DNA of 64,000 nucleotides, taken from positions 82,028,001-82,092,000 of the forward strand of contig CM052817.1 of assembly GCA_028534125.1 (NCBI GenBank), read 5' to 3'. The stretch is from Lama glama. Lineage: Eukaryota. The first letter of the stretch is position 1. The number at the start of each line of letters is the position of its first letter. This document shows, piece by piece, positions 1 through 11,515 of the stretch. The notes beneath the pieces are model-generated. The model was not told the DNA's origin. It did not search any database and was given only the letters and a program-made list of their open reading frames with translations. Made by a program: the position numbers and the translations under genes.

Positions 1-210
1 AAGATTACACTGTATAGCACAGGGAAATATACACAAAATGTTATGATAAATCACAGAGGAAAAAATGTGGCAATGAGTGTGTATATGTCCATGAATGACT
101 GAAAAATTGTGCTGAACACTGGAATTTGACACAACACTGTAAAATGATTATGAATCAATAAAAAATGTAAAAAAAAAAAGAAGAAATCTCCAAAAAAAAA
201 AGAAAAAAAA
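1..210 (+). mobile_element. Young L1 3' end (camelid-type), cut by the window edge
   Basis: ACTGTATAGCACAGGGAAATATA...GAAAAATTGTGCTG...TGACACAACA matches the 3' UTR of the L1 at 11516-12145; AATAAA at 157-162 followed by A-tracts (169-179, 192-210). Confidence 0.9.
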
Positions 211-728
211 GAAGTGAAGTTTGTTCAGCCAGAGTTGTAATAATAAAATGGAGTTTTTTGCTAACAGTTAGTGTTAAAACTTTAAGTTTTAAAAAAATCC
301 TAAACTGATAGCAGCATGGTGGATTCAAATATAGTAATTTATCAACTTTCTTGTTACAATTTTAAATGTTTTGAAACTTTGGTAAAATTTCTCTTGGAAG
401 GGGATAAATTAAAGTGAATTTATTTTCAGGTCAATCTTTCAAAACCTTTTTTTTCCCCACTGTATCTATCCAAAGCAATGTTGTATAAATTTGTTTAAGA
501 CCTCACTTTACAGAAGGAAACACCAAAGTTTTCCTTTAAAGGTTTTAGTAATTTGGGCAAAAAAGATAAAATATAGAATTGAAAATTTGGCTTTTTACAT
601 GTTAACTTAATAAATTCTAAGAAATTTAAATGAAGAGTGTAGCTAATTAACATATACATTTTCTACTCAACATAAAATATTTAGTATATATCTGGCATTG
701 GGTTAAGTGCTAGAAATTAAGTTCCTTG

Positions 729-1083
729 ATGTCAAGATCTGGATGTTTGTGTCCCCTCCAAATTTATGCTGAAATCCTAACCTCCAAAGGCAATGGTATT
801 AGTAGACAGCCCTGAGTTCCCAAATAGCAATCAGAATTTACTCCAGCTCTATGCGTGAATCATCTTGGGCGCCTTTGAGAGGGATTAGCGCTCTTCTAGA
901 AGTGATCCCACAGAGCTCCCTAGCCCCTTCCGCATGTGAGTCTACGGGCCGGGGCTTTCATCTGAGCACACCAGCACCTACCCTGGGCTTCCGGCCTCCA
1001 GAACTGCGAGAAATGAATTTCTGTTGTCTATAAGCCCCCCAGTCTGTGGTACTTCGTTACAGTAGCCTAAACGGACTGAAATA
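729..1083 (+). mobile_element. MaLR solo LTR (MLT1A-like) with an internal 68-bp insertion
   Basis: Start ATGTTTGTGTCCCCTCCAAA...GAAATCCTAAC...ATGGTATTAG and end GCCTCCAGAACTGCGAGAAATGAATTTCTGTTG...ATAAGCC...CAGTC..TGGTA are typical of MLT1A. Confidence 0.8.
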
Positions 1084-1534
1084 GTAATGGATGGGGATAT
1101 TTATTCAACCATTTATAATGAGGTAAATAAAGATAATGATTCTAAAATGTGATGGGACATAGAGGAAGAAGTACTGATTCAAATGAGGTAGAAGAGGTGA
1201 TAAGAGCCTGCATGTGTGGGAGAATGGGTCTTCTAGAAGGGGGTGATGTTTCAACTGATCCTTTTAAAAATGAATGTTTTTGTGGGAAAGAAATAATATT
1301 GAACTATTCTAAGCAAAAATTAAAATTTAGAGCAGAGGCATCATGAATTAGATAGATAATCTTTTTCTGCCCACATTCAGATGCTTGAAATTATCTCATG
1401 GTCATGCCTGAATCCAAGATGGTCTGCAAAACATAGCTCATGGCCACATAACTACTTCTAGCAAGAATGACACATAATTTTGGAGAGACTGTGGAAATTG
1501 TTGGACAGAAACAAAATAAGACAGTTCATTTTCT

Positions 1535-3940
1535 CATTTGTCTTTTTCTGTGTTAAATATCACATAACAATGTGGCTTAAAACTAGAATTTGTAATTATT
1601 TTTCGTAGTACTGAGTTTTGACGAGGACCAAATGAATGGTTGGAGTCTCTCAATCAGCGTGAATTAGTGAGTGGGGAAGAAGTCATCCGAAGGCTCAGCT
1701 GGGCTGAATATCCAAGATGACTCACTCACAGAGCTGGAGTTCATTCTGATTGCTATTTGGGAACTCAGGGCTATCTACTCAGGTGCCTTTGTGTGGTGTT
1801 CCCGTGTGGCTTCAGCGTCTCACAGCATGGGATCTAAAAGCAAGTCTTGCAAAGGTTAGGAAAGATATCAAAGGATATGCTGTCAGTGTCTTAAGGACTG
1901 AGGCAAAAATCTAGCACAGTCTCACTTCTGTCTCATTCTGTTGGTCCAAGTACTCAGACAATCCTTCCAGCTAAAGGAAGGGGAAGCAGTCCTCAGCTCT
2001 TGACAGGAGACATTTCAAAACATTATGGGCCATCTTTAATTCACCATAGTTCTCTCTCTATGTTACTTATATTCTGGCTTCCTTCTGCTAAAAAATACAT
2101 TCATCCCACCCCAAGATCTTTAATGTTTCGTTCCAATACAGCATTAGCTCTGAGTTCTAGATCTCACCACCTAAGTTAAATCCAGGTGTTATGATGCTCC
2201 ATAGGTATCATTTCCTAAGTCTGGTTCCTCTAACACTAAAACTGTGCAAACTAACTTGGTAAGTTTTCTACACTCCTTCTCCCCTCTTCTCCAAAAAAAA
2301 AAACAAAAAAAAACCTACTACATAATGATAAAACCAAGACAAGAGACATTCCTATTTACAAAGGGAAAACACACACACACACACACACACACAAACCCAG
2401 GGATATAGCAGCACTGTTTCGTAGAAACTCTGAAATTCAGCCTGGGAGACGTCACCAGTTCCTTGATTAGGTCTGGGTCCTGCTTCCTGGGAATGTTTTC
2501 TGTAGCTCTTTGTTCTATCCCACAGCCTGTTGGTTTTGTCTGTTGAATTATCCTTCTTGGCACATGTTTGTAACCACACGGCCTTCTATGCCTGTTTGGA
2601 AGACTAGGGGGCTATTATATCTCTTTTCTTTTTGTACGTTCTCTGTCCCTTTAAGTCCAAGCTATTGCTGCTTCTCATGATAGAGTTCTCTTAAAAATGC
2701 TACAGGTTTTCAATGAATATTATTAGGTCACTCAGTTAGATAGACCCTTTCAATCTTATGAGGGATTCTGTATAGACATCTATGAGACAATGTCTTTAGG
2801 ATTCTGTTTAGAAGAGAATTCCTTCAGCTTTTGACTAGCTGAAAGGGTAAATGTTGCACTGACACATATCTTTCTGAGGTCGTAACGAAAAATCTTTCAG
2901 CTCCATGCTGGATTTGTGTTTATCCTGAAGCCTTTTTTTTTTTAAACTTTGAATTTTTGTTTTTGCTGAAATATGAATAAGAAACAGATTGGTTTTCCAA
3001 CTCAGAAAGACTTTATTTCTTTATATTTCTGGTATACTATGCTCAAAAGCTGAGTAGGTCCTTCTTTAGTTCATGTCTGCCTTTTGTATTTTCTCAGAGG
3101 AGCTAAGAGATATGAATTGGCAACTTCTACCTTTTGCTTGGAAATCTCCAGTCAGATCCATAAATTAATTAGATACCCTTTTTATTTTCTACATTATTGC
3201 CAAATTTTCTGCTACACATCATGAGGATATCATTTTCTCTGACCATCAACTAAAAATTCCTCCCTGCCCTCCCAGCCTTCACCAATAATATCATTGAGAT
3301 GTTTCCAGATTCTTATTAAGACTCTCCTCTAGGCCTATCCAAGTTTGTTTACCACCTGGTCCAAAAGACAGTGATATTTCCAGAATCCAAATTCTGTTTT
3401 TTGTTGCACAACAAATTACCTCCAAAATTAGAGGCTTGAAACAATAAGAATTTTATTTCATCTCATGATTTTGTGGGTTGGAAATTCAAGCTGGAATCAT
3501 CTAGCCAAATCTTTTGCGTCATGTGATATTGATTGAGGCCGCTCAATAGTACCCAGCTGGTGGATGGGCTAGTCTGGAGGGGCCAGAGCAGCTTCACTCA
3601 TGTATCTGATACTTTCTCAAAGATCACAGGAATGATAGGCTCAGGTTGGACAACTAACCAGAGTAACAGAGCATGGACTCCAAGCATGGTTGTCGAGATA
3701 GTCAGACTTCTTACAAGGTGCATGAGGATTCCTGGAAAGAAAATTTCCAGAGGCAGACATGGAAGCTGTTTGTTAAGTGTGTTAAGCCCTGAACCTGGAC
3801 ACTGGCACAGTGCCATTTCATCATTCTTCCCTGGTGAAAGCAGTCATAGAGCCCACTCAGATTAAAGGTGTATGTGTGTGTGTGTGTGTTGGGAATGGGA
3901 GATTTGCAAAAGAATTCACACCCCTATTTAATCCATCATA
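1535..3940 (-). mobile_element. Near-complete MaLR provirus (MLT1G/H-like): 3' LTR ~1535-2048, internal ~2049-3394, 5' LTR ~3395-3940
   Basis: Two same-orientation MLT1-type LTRs (GGCTT.AAAC start; CACAGT..CA.TT; TTTAAT..CA.CATA end) flank ~1.35 kb of MLT-int-like sequence; CCAGAATCCAAATTC at 3380-3394 is the reverse of the MaLR LTR/internal junction motif. Confidence 0.7.
2369..2393. repeat. (AC)12 microsatellite
   Basis: Seen directly. Confidence 0.97.
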
Positions 3941-4199
3941 TATATATTTGGAAAATGAGGCAGGGGAGATTTACACATGATACTACGCTTGAAGGAAGGA
4001 GCCTATGTGGGAGAAGAGATTGATACAAAAGAACAAGGGGATACTTGATGGGACAAGGTCTTGGGGTGAAACCAGAGGACGTGAGATCACTATTACAGAT
4101 ACTAGGATTAGTCTTGCAAAGAAGTAAACTTGCTCTTTTCCTGCAGTTCAAAAAAACATGGTAATTATGGTGAAAATATTACTAAGCTTGAACTGGAGT

Positions 4200-4424
4200 A
4201 TGTGATGGCTGAAAAACTATATCCATTTCCTAATTCTTGGATCCTGTAAATGTTACTTACTGTATGTGGCAAAAAAGAGTCTTGGCATATATGATTAAAT
4301 TAAGGATTTTGCAATGAGGAATTACTCTGAATTATCTATGTGGACACCCTAAATGCAATCAAATGTATCCTTTTAAAGGGAGGCACATGGTGAATTTTTA
4401 CTATACATAGAGGAGGAAACAATG
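4200..4424 (+). mobile_element. MaLR LTR 5' fragment (MLT1C/D/E-like)
   Basis: CCTGTAAATGTTAC...TGGCAAAA...ATGATTAAATTAAGGAT...ATTATCT..GTGG..CCCTAAATGCAATCA...ATCCTT motifs. Confidence 0.7.
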
Positions 4425-4648
4425 GTTTTATGGTTTCAGGTCTTATATTCAAGGCTATAACACATTCTGAGTTAATTTTTGTGCATGTTGTAAGATAGGT
4501 CCAGTTTCATTCTTTTGCATGTGACTGTCCAGCTTTCCCAATACCATTTATTGAGGAGACTATCTCTCCCCATTATATGTTCTTGGCTACGTTGTCATAA
4601 ATTAACTGTTATTATGCATGGGTTTATTTCATGGCTCTCTATTCTGTG
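4425..4648 (-). mobile_element. L1 ORF2 fragment
   Basis: GAGTTAATTTTTGTG...CAGTTTCATTCTTTTGCATGTG.CTGTCCAG.TTTCCCAA.ACCATTTATTGA is antisense L1 ORF2. Confidence 0.9.
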
Positions 4649-4804
4649 ATCTAGACAAATTAATTCATCTTTCCAAATTTTACTTTCACAATTATAAAAT
4701 GGAAAAAAACGATACTTCTTTCATGGTATTACTGGGAAGATAAAAATACAAATGTGTAATATAGCAGCATGTATAGTCGCAAACATATTTTTGAAAACAA
4801 TTAA

Positions 4805-4840
4805 GTGTGTGTGTGTGTGCGCGCATGTGCACGCACATGT
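4805..4840. repeat. 36-bp uninterrupted purine-pyrimidine alternating tract (GT/GC/AC mix)
   Basis: GTGTGTGTGTGTGTGCGCGCATGTGCACGCACATGT seen directly. Confidence 0.9.
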
Positions 4841-4869
4841 TGGAGGAGGAAGACATAACCTAGAGACAG

Positions 4870-5125
4870 TGTGCAGAACATCATAGTTGATTTGGGGCTT
4901 TGGAGTCAAATTCTCTATGTTCAATTTCTGGGATTACTGCTTTCTGGATTAGTAACACTGGGCAAATTATTTAATTCCTCCATCCTCAGTTTCATTCTTT
5001 GAAAAATGGTGATAATTATGAAAATTAGTTCATGGAGTTTTTGTGTTGATAAAGCAATGTATAGTTGTAATCCACTTATAAAATACTTAGGACTTTGTAC
5101 AGACCTAACCTATACATTGATAATT
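4870..5125 (+). mobile_element. MIR SINE
   Basis: GGCTTTGGAGTCA...GTTCAA...TGGGCAAATTATTTAA..CCTC....CCTCAGTTTC.T....TGAAAAATGG MIR core. Confidence 0.85.
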
Positions 5126-5261
5126 TACTACAGATTAAGTAAATTCTAAATGTTGTTAAATAGTTTAGAAGATTCTCCTTCTCCACTCCAGAATTTTTCA
5201 TTTTACTTTGAATGACCCAGCATCTATGTGTTAATTCTATTTGTCCTGGCCCATACATCAG

Positions 5262-5303
5262 ATCGTGGATGTAGCCCAAGCCCGGGAATATAAAGATTCT
5301 TAA
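5262..5303 (+). other. Candidate terminal coding exon segment (IVDVAQAREYKDS*), gene unidentified
   Basis: CAG acceptor at 5259-5261 after a moderately pyrimidine-rich tract; 13 codons with two retained CpGs, TAA stop, then AT-rich UTR-like sequence with ATTAAA at 5484-5489. Confidence 0.25.
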
Positions 5304-5829
5304 CATTTTGTAAGATGACTAAAGCAACAGATAAAGGCAATGTGGAATATTAAGTCATTATTTTGGCACTTTGTACAGTGCAAAAGTTCTTCATCAAAAT
5401 TTAAATTACCTTTATGGATTCTGGGAGTTAAGGAACCTACAAAAGTGTTAGGTTTTGCAGTTAATTTTTCTGAAATCTGTAGTATTAAACTATAAATTAT
5501 CCTCATCACTAGGGATGACTGTTCTCATTTTATCTTCAATCATATTCATTATGATTGAATGATCAGAAACTCTTTTAATAGCATATGGTTTTTCTTATGT
5601 TTTCTTTTAAATACCCAATCAGCAATATATCATGTTAATTTTATCACAATTATTAGCACATAATTTAAAATGTGCATGTTACATCTGATATGTGTATATT
5701 TCTTCTTAATTGAAATGATGAAACTTCCCATCTTGAAAGAGAACTGTGAATTTGTAAAAAAAAAACACTACATTTGCAAAATTTCAGCCTTTAGTTTCCA
5801 TACTTCCCTGCTCACTATAATCACTTTTA

Positions 5830-5895
5830 TTTATTTTTTAACTGAATTATAATTGACTTACAATATTATATTAGTTTCAGGTGTACAACACAGTG
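5830..5895 (-). mobile_element. Severely 5'-truncated L1 3' end with 10-bp target-site duplication
   Basis: T-rich tail + ATAATTGACTTACAATATTATATTAGTTTCAGGTGTACAACA; flanked by ATCACTTTTA at 5820-5829 and 5896-5905. Confidence 0.85.
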
Positions 5896-7006
5896 ATCAC
5901 TTTTACTCCTCTGAGCACCTGGTTACTCCATTCCACTGGAGGAAGGGAATCCAAGCTAGTAAGAAACGTGGAGAAAATTATCTACATCAAATAGTAAATG
6001 TATACCCCTCATTCCAGGTAAAGGACAAGGAGTCGGGGAAAGTAATATTAAAAAATAAAGGAGAAAGAAGAGCTAGGTTTGAAATTTTGGTGGTAGCAGA
6101 GATGAATAAGACAAAGAGGGAAAAACTCTTAGGGTAGACTTCTCATTACAAGTAATGCAGTTTATTAATTCAGATGGTTGAGGGAGGCACAAGCCAGCCC
6201 CCTAAGATACCAGGCCTCCCACTGCCGGGGACATGGAAGAAGTTGTCTGAGAAGGAAACAGGGCTGCCAAAGCCACCCAGGAAACCGGAGCAGTGTGGGT
6301 GGGTTGGGGTACAATACAATGGCCCTTTCAAATATCCTGATAGAAGGAAGGACTATAGAAAAGACTTGTAAGCTTCCGGGACCTGATGATGAAGAACAAG
6401 GAGTAAAAGAGCCAGAAAGACACGTCTTTTATTCATGAGCCTTTGAATTATACTGAAGATATGATTTGTTAAATAATTGTGAAATTGCAGAAAGCAAAAT
6501 AAGCTTCAGCGTTCATTGTGAAGTGTAGTAAATCATTTAAGCATACTTCTCTGAAAGGGAGGAGACAAATGAACAGTCAATAGTACACCACCAAAAGCTG
6601 GACCTTTAATTTGTCCAATTCTTTGGTTAGAAGACCGAAAAAAGCACAGAGGAGTGCTTGGTTCCAACATTCTACTCTGCTAAATGCAAAATGCTAAAAG
6701 CATTTTTAAAGAACAAGATTACGAGAGTGTGAAAATCCCACCCTCTGATTGAAAATGGAAACAACAGTGTCACCAGCTTTAAAAAATATGGCTTCCTTCC
6801 CTAATTTCCCACTCGTAACCATTGCACTGTTTTAATGCATCATCTTTTCCAAGCAAAAGAAAGCCCCAGAAGTGTGTATGTTTGTGACCAGAAGAGATTC
6901 ATCTGGCCGTTTATCAAGAACTCATAATACAACTTAGTACTTTTCTCTTTTTTTCACCTTGCAATTTTTCTTCTATGAAGTTGTAGGTTTGCTTTTGTAG
7001 TTAAAG

Positions 7007-7170
7007 TTTTTTTTTTAAATTGAAGTATAGTCAGTTACAATGTATCCATTTCTGGAGTACAGCATAATGTTTAAGTCATATATATATATAGACCTATATT
7101 CATTTTCATATTCTTTTTCATTATAGGTTACTGCAAGATATTGAATATAGTTCCCCATGCTATACAGATA
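7007..7170 (-). mobile_element. L1 3' end
   Basis: Poly-T + ATTGAAGTATAGTCAGTTACAATG...ATTATAGGTTA...CAAGATATTGAATATAGTTCCC..TGCTATACAG. Confidence 0.9.
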
Positions 7171-7309
7171 CTTTTGAGATAAGAGAAGCAGAAATTCAAT
7201 TTCAAGGACTTCACAATTCCATTTATTTAAGTGTTTTACATTGTAAGCAGCAATTATTTTTCAGAGCATTCATTTTGTGTTACATATTTATTTACATAGT
7301 CAGAGACTT

Positions 7310-8380
7310 TATTCATTCAATGAAAGATAATTCACAAGCACCCATTAGATGCCATGTACTCAGCTAGGTTTCGGAGTTTTAATGAGGAATACATGTTTTC
7401 CTGTCTCACAGGTTCTATGTTCCAGTGGGAGAGAGGGACAATAAACAAGTGGACAGATGCATCAGTGAAATAAACAAGATTGTGATTACCATTACGAAGG
7501 AAAGAAAGAATGTTGTGATGGGAAAATAAAGTTTCAGGTTGGGTACTTACTCAGATAAGGTAATCAAGGAAGACCTCTCTGAAGAAGTGATGTTCATGCT
7601 GGGACTGAAGGAAGAGAAAGAGCCAAATGTGAAAAGAGCTTGGGTGGGCACTCAAGGAGATGGGACAAATAGGCAGAAGAGATTCGAAGGAAAGGTTTTG
7701 CTTGATAAACTTGTGGTGGCAGGAATCAGAAGATGGCCCAGAGCCAAATTCCCTGTGCCCTATTTATCCAAGTGAACACTAATCTGGCAACTGCTAGGAT
7801 TGGGATTTTTTCAGATGAAATGGAAGTTCCAGGTGATTTAATATTAAAACACAAAAATAATCTAGGCGAGCCCTTGAAAAGCTGAAGGTTTTCTCTGGCT
7901 GGTGGCAGAAGTCAGAGGGATGAGCTTGCTGGCCTTGAGGAAGAAAGCACAAGAGTGAGTTCTAACTGCGGGGGACGAGGGGGGACCTCTGGAAGCTGAC
8001 AGCAAGCTTTAGTCCACAGCAAGCCAGGAAACAGGGAACCTGGTCCTACAATCACTGGGGAATGAATCTGCCTATCATCAATGAGCTTGGGAAAGGATCA
8101 TTGGCCTCAGATGAGGATCACAACCCTAGTGATCACCTTGATTTCAGCCTGTGAGACCAGAGCAGAGGACCTGGATAAACCATACCCGGACTCCTGCCCA
8201 TGAAAATATGAGACAATAACTGTGTACCGTTTTAAGCCATTAAATCATGATATTTTGTTACAGCAACAATAGGAAGACTATTACAAAGCTCTAGAGCCTA
8301 AGAGGAGACTAGTGTGACTGGAGCCTCCTGGGCAAGAATGTATAGCCTGAAATAATGTTGGAAAGTTAGGTGGTGAAGAG
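7310..8380 (-). mobile_element. L2 fragment split by the MLT1E-like LTR at 7712-8285
   Basis: ATTCATTCAA tail, CAGTGGGAGAG..GACAATAAACAAGT, CAAGGAAGACCTCTCTGAAGAAGTGATGTT; resumes with GAGACTAGTGTGACTGGAGC after the LTR. Confidence 0.75.
7712..8285 (+). mobile_element. MaLR solo LTR (MLT1E-like)
   Basis: TG...CA termini; CACCTTGATTTCAGCCTGTGAGACC.GAGCAGAGGACC...TTTTAAGCC...TTTGTTACAGCA; 5-bp TSD AAACT/AAGCT (4 of 5 match). Confidence 0.85.
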
Positions 8381-8699
8381 TAAACAAATCATATAAGCAT
8401 ATTTAATGTAATTCATATGCAATTGCTAGCATCCTTTGGAATACATAATAGTGTTAAGCATTATATGGATACAGCCCAAATTTTTATCCCAATCAAGCCT
8501 TGTGGTATGTAATACCCAATATTAGACACAGAAGATACCAAGATGGTGAATGCATGGTCACAACGATGGAAAAACTTATAATCAAGACAGCAGAATATGC
8601 ACATACAAATAGTTTTAATTGGCAAAATGAGTCACTGGTAAGGAGCCATGTGTGTTCAGAGGAGTGGTGAGAGAACTCCGGAATGTACCACCTACTATG

Positions 8700-9180
8700 G
8701 GAAAACGAGGACTGGACCTCGAAAAGTGAGTTCAAGTGATTCAGACAGATATTATAGTCTTCCTGACGGAAATGTAATTGGAAGTGCACAACAATACCTT
8801 TGACATAGTCTTGCCAAAAAAAGAAAAAGAAAAAAGAAGATTTAAATATAATCAACATTAAGAGCTAACTACCAATGTGCAGGAAATATAGGAGATGGAA
8901 AAACATGTTAAATGACACCAGGGGGACACATCCAGCCAAATGCAGAATGTTGAAAATTTCCAGAACAAATGATGCAATTGCAAAAATAATAATTACCATG
9001 AAAATAGATTTGAGAGATATGGCAAGAAATTGCAAAACAGACCTCATTGAAATCCTGATTTAAAAATATCACAGCACAAAAATATTTTAATACTGAGGGG
9101 CTAATTTTAATTTGGTTGGTTAAGATTAAAAATATCATATCCATTAAACATGCTTATTGATGTATTTATGATTAAAATGA
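8700..9180 (+). mobile_element. Ancient L1 (L1MC-like) 3' UTR fragment
   Basis: CAGGAAATA.AGG...GGAA.AACATGTTAAATGACACCA..GGGA..CA..CAGC.AAAT.CAGAATGT.G.AAA motif. Confidence 0.65.
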
Positions 9181-11515
9181 TGACAACCGATCTAGTCACT
9201 TATTAATTGAACAATTAAATGTCAGTTACAAGGCAGAAAAAAAAGATGATGAACCAGAGACAGTTTTTTTTGTGTACGTGTGTGTGTGTGTGAGCTTTAT
9301 AAAGATGTGACAAGATGTTAATAAGGAAAGGTATTACACAGATAGGCTATTGACAGACAGTTTTAGGAAATTTAAAGCAGTCATGCTTGTGTAATGCTTG
9401 AAACTGAGTGTAAATTAATGTAGAGGTATATTTTTAAGTCCACATGATGGAGTCCTAAAATGTTCTGTAGCCTACAGACAGTTCTGAATATTTGAGAAAC
9501 ACATATCATTATTTCTACTGCCTTTTAATGACTTCTCCCTCCGGCAAATGAATTTGCTCTTTCAAAAGTCAAAAACAATCTCACCTCAACTCCAAACATT
9601 CATGTGCTCTCTGTAACACTTGGCCTTTGTTTCTCTCTTAGACCCTGAAGCTGGGCAAATTGGTTATTTTGATCTTCCCTTGTTTTCCTGTCTACATTAT
9701 CTCCCTCACAGAACCATCTGCTGCTATGGCTTTAAGCATTACTAAAGCTTTAGTTTTCAAAAGTGATTGTAAAGTGTTACGTTCCCTCTACAGTCTGCTC
9801 TACCCTGACTCCATTTTCCCACATCTCAGGCAGGAAAATTCAGAGTAACCAAAGATTCCTGCCTTTGCTTTCTTATTCCCACATCTAATTTACTGTCAGA
9901 TACTACAGATATTAATTCCCACGTTTCTCACATATATTACATCTGTTTTATTGTGACTGTCCACCATCTCTGTAAGACAGATGATTATTCACTGTAAGTA
10001 ATGCCTGACTTGTCCCTCTCCTGCTTTCCCTCAATGTTAATTTATGTTACTCAAATCTTACAGATTAGTCTTTTCCTAAGTGAACTTCGTAGTTCTCTGT
10101 TCAAAATGGCCTAACAGCTGGCCAATTTTATTGACTTAAACACAAACCCACTAACCCTGACATTCAAGAAGCTCCTAGTAAGTTTCCTGTTCTAATATAG
10201 TAAGGACTATGTAGGCATTTACTCATTTTTATTAAAATTATTATTACTATTATTGTTGCTATTAGCAGCCATAGTAGCAGCGGCAGTAGCACCAGTAGTC
10301 TCACTATACTTTACTAATATATTTTGGGGGTTCAAAAAACCCAACTATAGTATTTCAAATCTGCCTTCGAAGTATTCCATTCATTTTCATGTAACTACCT
10401 GATCATTTGGGTGGAAGTGTGGGTAGGGTCCTTATAGCATCCTCTCCTTTCCTTTACACCTTCCTACTTCTTCCAGTAGCCCCTGAGGAATTGTCTCTGA
10501 AGTCTTAAATGTCCTGATTACAGTTTTAAAACTCCTTGTAATATGACGGTCCTCTCTCTACTAGTGATATTACCTCCTTAGATCACATACTTCTTCAGGT
10601 TAAAGACGGTCTCAATTTTTTTGGTATTATCTTAATATAATGTAGAATAGCATGTTGCACATAATAAACAGTTGATAAATATTATTTAATAATTCTTGTG
10701 AAAATAATGATATTTAATAAATTATTAAAATATATATACTTTGACATATTTCAATCTTATTTTATAGCAATTTAGCTGGCTAGAAACACACTGACATGTG
10801 AAAGGGCAGAGCATCGCTAGGGAAATCACTCATTTGATCAAAATCTATCATTTCTTTCCATTGGTTTGCATTTAAATATCTAGAAATGCACTTTCTACAG
10901 ATGAATAGGTTTTGTGGGGGGCTCTTTCAGAATACTTATAAAAATCTTAAATAAAACCAGATTCAATATCCAAGTGTGGAAGATATTTGAGGAATATATA
11001 TCAAGACAAGTTCTTGCTTACTTCTCTTCTTTGTTTCATACAGTTTAGATAATTTTCCATCTATGAAAAAGATCTTTTCACTCATAGTTTCAAAGTAACT
11101 TGGTTATATATTAAGTTTATAAAAATCTATTAAAAATTGTCTTTCTTTTTTGCCAAAGCTTTTCAAGAATAGAAATTTTTGCATTTTTTTACGTGGTTGG
11201 CAGATACCAGAAAAAAATACAATTAAATATAACTATTTTAAAAAAATATATAAAGTTGAATAACAAAGAGTGATTAAGTGAGTGTCAGAACTATATGAAG
11301 GAATTTGCTGTAAAGAAAACCAAGCCATATTTAAAACAAGATTTTCTTGTGTAATATTTCACATCAGATAATGCCTCATAAATAATAACTTTTTAACTTG
11401 AATCTACCAACATGAATCTGAAGGTTGATAATCATATACCATTAATTATAACAAAAAAAAGTTGTATAAACTAGTTTCAGTTCCTATAGAATACAATTTT
11501 AAACATTCAAATTTG

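Noticed and set aside
6174..6438. Two overlapping + strand ORFs after an AG
   Set aside because: Unrecognised peptides, weak splice context, no supporting evidence.
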